12,749 nt of DNA from Bacteriovoracaceae bacterium (GTDB lineage Bacteria; Bdellovibrionota; Bacteriovoracia; Bacteriovoracales; Bacteriovoracaceae): positions 1-12,749 of the forward strand of contig JBMYPC010000091.1 of the NCBI GenBank assembly GCA_049599895.1. The letters are read 5' to 3'. Position 1 is the first letter of the stretch. Each line of letters starts with the position of its first letter. Positions 6,411 through 12,749 of the stretch are shown here, piece after piece. Under the pieces are notes generated by a model. It was not told the DNA's origin, made no database searches, and saw nothing but the letters and a program-made list of their open reading frames with translations. The position numbers were made by a program, and so were the translations under genes.

Positions 6411-6477
6411 AGCGCAAAATAAGATTCTTTCTAGCTTTGCTCAGCTTGTTCGTTCGAAATGAATTGGGGTGAACTAA
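6411..6477 (+). repeat. direct repeat copy 2 (attR-like): displaced, pseudogenised 3' end of the FliG_C-like gene
   Basis: AGCGCAAAATAAGATTCTTTCTAGCTTTGCTCAGCTTGTTCGTTCGAAATGAATTGGGGTGAACTAA. In the gene's frame it reads AQNKILSSFAQLVRSK*IGVN*. Confidence 0.95.
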
Positions 6478-6516
6478 CTCATACGATGTATTCTTGAAAG
6501 ACAGTAACTCTCTGTT

Positions 6517-7428
6517 TTACTGAACAAGATATTCTAGAGGAAGCTCGTCATAAAGCACGCTTCCATAGCGAAGACCTCGAGTAGAAACGCTCATTTTTTC
6601 AATTTCAAGCTGAAGGCAAATGGCCCTTAAAACTCGGGCTCCAGCAACGATTGTTTCTTGTCTTTTACCAAGAAAAGGGTATTGAGTTTTAAAATCATCA
6701 TCATCAAGATCTTGAAGACATTGAATAAACTTCGTTAATTTATTGAAATCAATAACAACTTCATTCACTTTTTTTTCATCAAAGTTTGAAGTTCCAAGAG
6801 TCATTGCCGCTAAGGCCGTAATTGTTCCGGCGACGCCTACGATCTTGGCGGTTTTATAGGGTGAAAGATCAAAGTCTTTAAAAATTTTATCGAGATTCTC
6901 TTGAAAAACACCATCATCAATATAGTCTTTTGCTCTCACTGAACCAATGGGAAGACTAATGGTTTCATCAACTTTAAACGGATAAGTTTGGGCTTTAATA
7001 AGCTCGGTTGAAGCTCCACCAATATCAAGAATCACAAGTTCTTCTTCTTCTGAGCTTCCGTAGCTAATTCCTTGAGCAGTAAGAGTCGCCTCAGTTTCAG
7101 CAGTGACGATTTGAATTTTAAAACCAAGGTCCTTTTCAATTTCTTTAATAAAACTTTGAGAGTTACTTGTTGCTCGCATGGCCTCAGTGGCGGTAACGAT
7201 CACATCTTTTGGCTTAAAATCATATTTTTTAAGTTCTTTTTTGTATTTTTTAAGAATCTTGAAGGCCGTCTTTTGGGCATCCATGGATAATTTTCCTTCT
7301 TTATCCACATTTTTTCCAAGTCCTGCAATTTCAGACATTGAAACAATGTCCTCAAAACCTGTTTTCGTCACATTTGTAATCAATAGCAAAATGCTATTTG
7401 AACCAATATCGATAGAAGCCTTAAACAT
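6517..7428 (-). CDS. ppx: Ppx/GppA family exopolyphosphatase (short form, 303 aa)
   Basis: Motifs ASIDIGSNS, ATEAMR, ETEA, LDIGGASTEL, LPIGSVR, GVAGT and GLRYG. No C-terminal HD-type extension. Overlaps the mtnA stop by 8 bp. Confidence 0.92.
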   Translation of the reverse strand: MFKASIDIGSNSILLLITNVTKTGFEDIVSMSEIAGLGKNVDKEGKLSMDAQKTAFKILKKYKKELKKYDFKPKDVIVTATEAMRATSNSQSFIKEIEKDLGFKIQIVTAETEATLTAQGISYGSSEEEELVILDIGGASTELIKAQTYPFKVDETISLPIGSVRAKDYIDDGVFQENLDKIFKDFDLSPYKTAKIVGVAGTITALAAMTLGTSNFDEKKVNEVVIDFNKLTKFIQCLQDLDDDDFKTQYPFLGKRQETIVAGARVLRAICLQLEIEKMSVSTRGLRYGSVLYDELPLEYLVQ

Positions 7429-8467
7429 TGAGTTGTTCCTTTAAGTTTTTGATCTTTGGATCAAAAATTCCTTTTTCACAGATGATCCCAGTGAGATGCT
7501 CAAAAGAAGTAATGTCAAAACTTGGATTATAAGCATTCACATCACGATGGGAAATCTTTTCATTTTTAATCATTTTGATTTCATCATCTGATCGAAGCTC
7601 TATTTCAATAAAACTTCCATTTTCACATTCAAGATCAAATGACGTTAAAGGGGCGACTGTAAATATAGGGATATTGTAATGAGACGCAATGATCGAAAGT
7701 GTCGAAGTTCCCACTTTATTAGCCGTATCTCCATTGGCAGCAATTCGATCGGCTCCAACAAAAATAGCGTCTACCATTTTGTTGCCAAGAACATTAGAAA
7801 AAGCGCCTTCAACTATAATTTGATGGTTTATTCCCATTTTATAAAGTTCATAAGAAGTCAGTCTTGAGCCTTGAAGATAAGGTCTCGTCTCAGGAACTAT
7901 GACATTATTAAGTTTATTTCTTTTATGGCATTCTTCAATTACACCAAGGGCTGTTCCCATCGATCCACAAGCCAATCTTCCGGTATTACAGATCGTCATC
8001 AGATTCAGAGATCGATCACCATACTTTTCTAAAAGCCAATCATTAGCAAAGTTTGCCATTTTTTGATTATTGGAGTCGAGTTGATCGATTTTCTTTTGAG
8101 TTAACTCAAAAACTTTTTCAGCAATCTCATTATGACCCAGATTTGATTGGTGGAGCTCTTGAATATAAGGAAAAGCATCATCAAGTTCAAAGGCCAAATT
8201 CACAGCAGTTGGTCTTGCTTTTTTTAAATGATCACAAGCTTTCGTCAATTCGTCCAAGTTGAAATCTTTATGATTTTTAATCCAAAAACCAAGTCCATAA
8301 AGAGCTGTAAAGCCAATTAAAGGAGCTCCTCTTACTTGCATCTCTTTGATCGCAATATAAGTCCCTTCTAAGTTTGAAACCTCATGGACCACTTCTGCAT
8401 GAGGAAGAAGTTTTTGATCAATCACCTTAAGAATAGAGTTTTCAAATCGTATGGGGTGGACAGACAT
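7421..8467 (-). CDS. mtnA: S-methyl-5-thioribose-1-phosphate isomerase
   Basis: Motifs IDQKLLP, MQVRGAPLIG, ARPTAVNL, TICNTG, ETRPYLQGSRLT, VGADRIAANGDTANKVGT and NPSFDIT. Confidence 0.95.
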   Translation of the reverse strand: MSVHPIRFENSILKVIDQKLLPHAEVVHEVSNLEGTYIAIKEMQVRGAPLIGFTALYGLGFWIKNHKDFNLDELTKACDHLKKARPTAVNLAFELDDAFPYIQELHQSNLGHNEIAEKVFELTQKKIDQLDSNNQKMANFANDWLLEKYGDRSLNLMTICNTGRLACGSMGTALGVIEECHKRNKLNNVIVPETRPYLQGSRLTSYELYKMGINHQIIVEGAFSNVLGNKMVDAIFVGADRIAANGDTANKVGTSTLSIIASHYNIPIFTVAPLTSFDLECENGSFIEIELRSDDEIKMIKNEKISHRDVNAYNPSFDITSFEHLTGIICEKGIFDPKIKNLKEQLNV

Positions 8468-8476
8468 GAGATTTCC

Positions 8477-10756
8477 TTAAACGAGACTAATAGGAGCGAA
8501 CTTAGCCAGAAATTTCTTTTTATCACCATCGAAAAACTTGATGACAATTTTTTCTTCATTGCCACGACCATCCGTTGAGACAATCTCACCCTCTCCATAA
8601 AGCTCATGAACAACTCTTGAACCGATAGAGAACTTACTGGAAGATGTTCCATAGCTTCTTTTAGGCTTTGTTTCATTTTGAATAATCACTTTATCAAAAT
8701 CATCATACGATTCTTGGTAGAAATCATCATATTCTGGAGTGATCTCTTCTTCTTCTTCACTTCCACCCTCATCGTAGGCTGCCCCACCTTCGACATAAGC
8801 ACCACTTGGAGTTCGCCATTCTACGTACTTTGAAGGAATTTCATCAAGAAATCTGCTTGGCCCATTATAGCGAACCTGGCCAAAGAGAAGTCTCGATTGA
8901 GCAAAAGTGATATAGAGGGTTTTCATTGCTCTGGTCATTGCAACATAGAAAAGCCTTCTTTCTTCCTCAAGTCTTTCATCTCCTTCTTCTAAGGATTGAA
9001 AACTTGGAAAGATATTTTCTTCAGCTCCTACAACAAAGACGTAAGGAAACTCCAAGCCTTTTGCTCCATGAATTGTCATAAGAGAGATTTCACCATTTTG
9101 GTTTTCTTCAGAAATCTTTTCATTAGCATCAAGAGTCACTGTCTCTAGAAAGTTCCCAAGACTTGGATTCGAACTGGTTTTCTCAAATTGCATAATCGCT
9201 GATTCAAGTTCTTCCAAGTTTTCGATTCTGGCCTGGCTTTCATAATCTTTTTTCGATTCAAGATTTTGATAATAACCAGATCCATGAAGAAGCTTTTGAT
9301 AAATAAAACGAGCTTCTGTGTTATTGTCCGCTTCAAGTTGGCATTCCACAATTAAAGAACAAAACTCTTTTAATGATGAACGAACTCTGGAACTTAAGCG
9401 CATATGCTTAAAGTCTTCATAGTTTTCATCAATTTTTTGAACAATCTCAAGAAGGCTGCAACCTTGGGCCAATGCCTCTTGTTCAAACTTTCTAAGACTT
9501 CCTGGACCAACTCCTCGAGTTGGAACATTAATCACTCGGCTAAATGCTAAGGAATCTTTTGGGTTCACGATTAATCGCATATACGCCAAAAGATCTTTAA
9601 TCTCTTTACGTTCGTAGAACTTAATCCCACCAACAATTCGGTAAGGAAGATTCTCACCTCTTAAATAATCTTCAATAATACGAGATTGAGCATTGTTTCG
9701 ATAAAAAATGGCAACATCATCAAAGCTGACATTCTCATCACGAAGGTTTAAGACCGTATCAAGAATAAACTCAGATTCTTTTTTATCATTTCGACATTCG
9801 ATAATATTAACAAGCTCACCACCCTCTTGTTCAGTCCACATTTTCTTCCCTTTTCTTAGGGAATTATTTTTGATGACCGCAGAGGCTGCTTCAATAATCA
9901 CACCAGTAGATCTATAGTTTTGCTCTAGCTTAATGACTTCTGTTTCAGGATAGACGTCTTCAAAATCAAGAATATTTCGTATGTCCGCCCCACGCCAGGA
10001 ATAAATTGATTGGTCTTCGTCACCAACCACACAAACATTCTTTCTCTCACCACAAAGATAAGTCATAAGCTCAAACTGAGCTCGGTTGGTATCTTGATAC
10101 TCATCAATTAAGAGGTAGTGAAATTTCTTTTGATATCTCTCAAGAACTTTGGGGTATTTTTCAAAGAGTTCAAGAACATGAGTGATCAACCCACCAAAAT
10201 CAACTGCATTGGATGAATGGATCTCTCGTTCATACTCAAGGTACATGTCATAGAAAGGATCTTCTTTATCGACTTCATAATCCATCTCTGCTTCACGAGT
10301 CGAAAAATAACCAATATTTTTAAGCTCATCAATAAAATAAAGAACTTCAGAAGGGGCCACTTCACGAGTCGAAATCCCTCTTCTAGCAAGAAGTTGTTTT
10401 ACAACACTCTTTGATTCTGAAGTGTCATAGATCGTAAAGTTTTGACTAAGTCCTAAGAACCTTGCTTCCGACCTTAAAAGTCTTGCGCAAAAAGCATGGA
10501 AAGTTGTGACTTGTAATGCTCCGGCATCATAATCAAGCTCTTTTGAAATTCGATCCCTCATTTCTTTAGCGGCTTTATTAGAAAACGTAAGGGCCAAAAG
10601 ATTATAAGGACTAATTTTTTTTGATTGAAGAATATGAATAATTCGGCTCACAAGAGTTCTGGTCTTTCCAGATCCAGCTCCTGCTAAAATCATCACAGGC
10701 CCTTCTGTTGTTTGAACGGCATGTCTTTGAGATTCATTAAGACTTGAAAGATTCAA
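8477..10756 (-). CDS. uvrD: UvrD/PcrA superfamily 1A DNA helicase
   Basis: Motifs LAGAGSGKT, LTFSNKAA, TFHAFC, IDEYQDTN, VGDEDQSIYSWRGA, LEQNYRS, MTIHGAKGLEF and EERRLFYVAMTRA, followed by an acidic linker and a C-terminal Tudor-like domain. TTG start with a TAAGGA RBS. Confidence 0.96.
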   Translation of the reverse strand: MNLSSLNESQRHAVQTTEGPVMILAGAGSGKTRTLVSRIIHILQSKKISPYNLLALTFSNKAAKEMRDRISKELDYDAGALQVTTFHAFCARLLRSEARFLGLSQNFTIYDTSESKSVVKQLLARRGISTREVAPSEVLYFIDELKNIGYFSTREAEMDYEVDKEDPFYDMYLEYEREIHSSNAVDFGGLITHVLELFEKYPKVLERYQKKFHYLLIDEYQDTNRAQFELMTYLCGERKNVCVVGDEDQSIYSWRGADIRNILDFEDVYPETEVIKLEQNYRSTGVIIEAASAVIKNNSLRKGKKMWTEQEGGELVNIIECRNDKKESEFILDTVLNLRDENVSFDDVAIFYRNNAQSRIIEDYLRGENLPYRIVGGIKFYERKEIKDLLAYMRLIVNPKDSLAFSRVINVPTRGVGPGSLRKFEQEALAQGCSLLEIVQKIDENYEDFKHMRLSSRVRSSLKEFCSLIVECQLEADNNTEARFIYQKLLHGSGYYQNLESKKDYESQARIENLEELESAIMQFEKTSSNPSLGNFLETVTLDANEKISEENQNGEISLMTIHGAKGLEFPYVFVVGAEENIFPSFQSLEEGDERLEEERRLFYVAMTRAMKTLYITFAQSRLLFGQVRYNGPSRFLDEIPSKYVEWRTPSGAYVEGGAAYDEGGSEEEEEITPEYDDFYQESYDDFDKVIIQNETKPKRSYGTSSSKFSIGSRVVHELYGEGEIVSTDGRGNEEKIVIKFFDGDKKKFLAKFAPISLV

Positions 10757-10765
10757 ATTCGATCC

Positions 10766-12586
10766 TTATTCAACGGTTACAGATTTTGCGAGGTTTCGAG
10801 GCTTGTCGATATCAGTTCCTTTAAACTTTGCCATGTAATAAGAAAGAAGTTGGTTCACCACATTAATATAAAGTGGTGCATACTCTTCAACTCCAGCAAA
10901 ATTTAAAGAAATATAATGATCAACTTCTGCTTTTAATCTTTGGTTTTTCACATCACCAATGGCAACGATGACACCTTTTCGGGACTGAACTTCTCGAAGG
11001 TTGGCATAGCTTTTATCGTAATGATCAGGTCCGAGAACCGCAATGTTCACCATCGATTCATCAATGAGAGCGATCGGTCCATGCTTAAGCTCCCCTGCTG
11101 CGTAACCTTCAGCATGAACATAAGCAATCTCTTTAAGTTTTAATGCTCCCTCTAAAGAAACAGGATAATAAAGACCTCGACCAGTGAAAAGAAAACCTTT
11201 TTTATCATAAATTGCTTCAGCAACTGTTTTAATCTCTTGCTCACTTGCAATGAGATCAGAAATTCTTCCGGCAAGAAGATTGAACTTCTCACCGATTTTC
11301 GCTTCAGCCGTTTTTAAATCTTTTGCTTTTAATGATTCAGCAAAAAGAATTCCCGTGAGAACCATTTGCGTGAAGGCCTTTGTACTAGCAACACCGATTT
11401 CGGCGCCAGCTCGAATCGCAAGGTTATGATCACAACCTCGATAGAGGCTGCTCCCCTCAACATTAATAATCGAAAGTGTTTTTAAACCACTCTCTTTACA
11501 AAGAGTTTGAGCCGCAAGCGTATCGGCAGTCTCGCCCGACTGGCTGATAAAAACCCCAAGATCTCCCTCGAGGAGAATCGGACCACGGTAACGAAACTCA
11601 GAAGCCAATTCCACCTGAACAGGGATTCTGCAAATGTCTTCAATATAATCACGGATTAAAAGACCTGCATAAAAAGCTGTTCCACAAGCAGAGATAAGAA
11701 TTCTTTTTGGAGTTTCTTTAATCACATTCTCGAGCTCAACTCTTCCCTCACCTTCAAAATAATAGCGAGTGATTGATCTCATGAGTTCCGGTTGTTCATG
11801 AATCTCTTTCAGCATAAAGTGCTCAAAGGATCCCTTCTCTGAAACTTCGTGAACAAAATCTTGATTTCGAGAATCATATTTTTTTGTTTTCTCAAGCTTA
11901 AGGTCATAGAAATTAATTAAGTTTTGATTGGCTGCACTTAATTCACAAAGAACTCCATCTTCGGGGAAATAGAGTCTTTCTGCAATTCCAGCAAGGGCGT
12001 AAGGGTCAGAGGAAACAAGTGCATCTGATCCCACTTTATTAATACCACAAACAAGTGGAGCACCTTTTTTGATAGCAAAGATATCTGAAGTCTCAGAATT
12101 AAGAATCACAAACGCTGAATTTCCTTTCACTTTTTTAAAGGCCTCAACAATTACTTCCTTAAAGTCTTTAAACTTGCCTTTGTAATGAAGAACGAGTTGA
12201 AGAAAAACTTCCGAATCAGTTTGAGAGTTAAACTTATGACCTTCCTGAATAAGAAAGTCTCTTAACTCCTCAGCATTTTCAATAATTCCGTTATGAACAA
12301 TGGCAATGCCTTTATCTTCATGGGGATGAGAGTTCACATCATTGACTTCACCATGGGTCGCCCAGCGAGTGTGGCCAATACAAGTTCTTGCCACATGGTT
12401 TTTGTCCTCAAGAATTCCAACTAGATTATTTAACTTTCCCGATTTTTTATAAACATTGAACGACTGCTTATCATCAACAAAACTCACTCCTGCTGAATCA
12501 TAGCCTCGGTACTCAAGTCTTTTTAAACCTTCGAGTACGATATCAAGCGAGTTCTTTGGCCCTAAATGCCCAACAATTCCACACAT
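10766..12586 (-). CDS. glmS: glutamine--fructose-6-phosphate aminotransferase (isomerizing)
   Basis: Motifs MCGIVG, LEYRGYDSAG, GHTRWATHG, HNGIIEN, TDSEV, SQSGETADT, VASTKAFT and ELKHGPIAL, ending in PRNLAKSVTVE. Confidence 0.98.
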   Translation of the reverse strand: MCGIVGHLGPKNSLDIVLEGLKRLEYRGYDSAGVSFVDDKQSFNVYKKSGKLNNLVGILEDKNHVARTCIGHTRWATHGEVNDVNSHPHEDKGIAIVHNGIIENAEELRDFLIQEGHKFNSQTDSEVFLQLVLHYKGKFKDFKEVIVEAFKKVKGNSAFVILNSETSDIFAIKKGAPLVCGINKVGSDALVSSDPYALAGIAERLYFPEDGVLCELSAANQNLINFYDLKLEKTKKYDSRNQDFVHEVSEKGSFEHFMLKEIHEQPELMRSITRYYFEGEGRVELENVIKETPKRILISACGTAFYAGLLIRDYIEDICRIPVQVELASEFRYRGPILLEGDLGVFISQSGETADTLAAQTLCKESGLKTLSIINVEGSSLYRGCDHNLAIRAGAEIGVASTKAFTQMVLTGILFAESLKAKDLKTAEAKIGEKFNLLAGRISDLIASEQEIKTVAEAIYDKKGFLFTGRGLYYPVSLEGALKLKEIAYVHAEGYAAGELKHGPIALIDESMVNIAVLGPDHYDKSYANLREVQSRKGVIVAIGDVKNQRLKAEVDHYISLNFAGVEEYAPLYINVVNQLLSYYMAKFKGTDIDKPRNLAKSVTVE

Positions 12587-12620
12587 GGCACACCATTTCC
12601 TTAGGATTTCTAAAGCCTCT

Positions 12621-12649
12621 AACTTAGCACTTTCCCTTAGGGGTGTCGA
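12621..12649 (-). promoter_or_regulatory. putative sigma70 promoter for the glmS operon
   Basis: On the minus strand: TCGACA (12649-12644), 17-bp spacer, TAAGTT (12626-12621), with an extended -10 TG. It lies 34 nt upstream of the glmS ATG. Confidence 0.5.
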
Positions 12650-12749
12650 TTTCTACAAGGTTTTGGCGCGCGGCAAAGTGATTGATTTCTAATCTTTATC
12701 GAGATAGGTAAGCCCTCACCGGCTTTCCCTCTCACAACACCTGGCATAC

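Larger units (their letters stand above)
3833..6477. mobile_element. direct-repeat-flanked genomic islet (~2.58 kb, three genes, no integrase or transposase)
   Basis: Flanking 67-bp direct repeats are offset by 2578 bp and duplicate the 3' end of a host gene. The cargo is accessory-type genes. A few hand-counted 60-mers are more AT-rich (~27-35% GC) than flank samples (~38-52%); this is a small sample. Confidence 0.8.

Noticed and set aside
3833..6477. CRISPR array, IS element, dif site or prophage interpretation of the repeats
   Set aside because: There are only two copies 2.6 kb apart and they are protein-coding sequence. There is no transposase, terminal inverted repeat, XerC/D consensus, holin or phage structural gene.
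6497..6518. Weak hairpin AAGACAG/CTGTTTT after repeat copy 2 as a terminator
   Set aside because: The stem is short and AT-rich with a 7-nt loop, too weak to call.
7990..8001. MtnA TICN instead of THCN
   Set aside because: This is a known natural variant with the catalytic Cys retained, not a sign of inactivation.
8690..8800. Acidic low-complexity stretch in UvrD (TCT/TTC repeats)
   Set aside because: It is the ordinary disordered linker before the C-terminal Tudor-like domain of UvrD/PcrA.
3363..11143. Short ORFs at 3363-3596, 4702-4926, 7072-7290, 7178-7444, 7679-7867, 8053-8262, 8384-8578, 8422-8676, 9145-9351, 9708-9917, 10186-10389, 10217-10414 and 10940-11143
   Set aside because: All lie antisense or out of frame over well-supported genes and show no motifs. 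They are treated as shadow ORFs.
12587..12749. glmS ribozyme (GCGCCAAAAC on the minus strand resembles the AGCGCC.GAAC 5' motif)
   Set aside because: No downstream GACGAGG core or P1/P2 architecture is visible, and the motif lies upstream of the predicted promoter.

Overview
This is an AT-rich bacterial chromosomal window. Gene content and style suggest Bdellovibrionota (Bacteriovoracaceae-like), but that is an inference only. The housekeeping backbone has three parts: a minus-strand glmS-uvrD/pcrA-mtnA-ppx/gppA operon (6517-12586), a minus-strand thiolase plus bitopic membrane protein pair (366-2888), and a plus-strand coiled-coil gene plus a stand-alone FliG C-terminal-domain gene (2970-3899). 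The main unusual feature is a ~2.58-kb islet with no integrase, inserted at the 3' end of the FliG_C-like gene. It is bounded by a 67-bp direct repeat (3833-3899 / 6411-6477, 63/67 identical, 42-bp exact core). It carries three overlapping minus-strand genes: an AAA+ ATPase with a C-terminal PD-(D/E)xK-like motif (AAA_14/DUF4143 type), a very basic lytic-transglycosylase (SLT) protein with no signal peptide and a Cys/His N-terminal motif, and a Cys-rich predicted lipoprotein. This is a candidate toxin-immunity or defence module, apparently driven by a near-leaderless sigma70-type promoter. The left end holds the 3' end of a gene, an imperfect direct repeat and a ~90-nt hairpin that may be a structured RNA. 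All family calls come from recognising motifs by eye; no searches were run.
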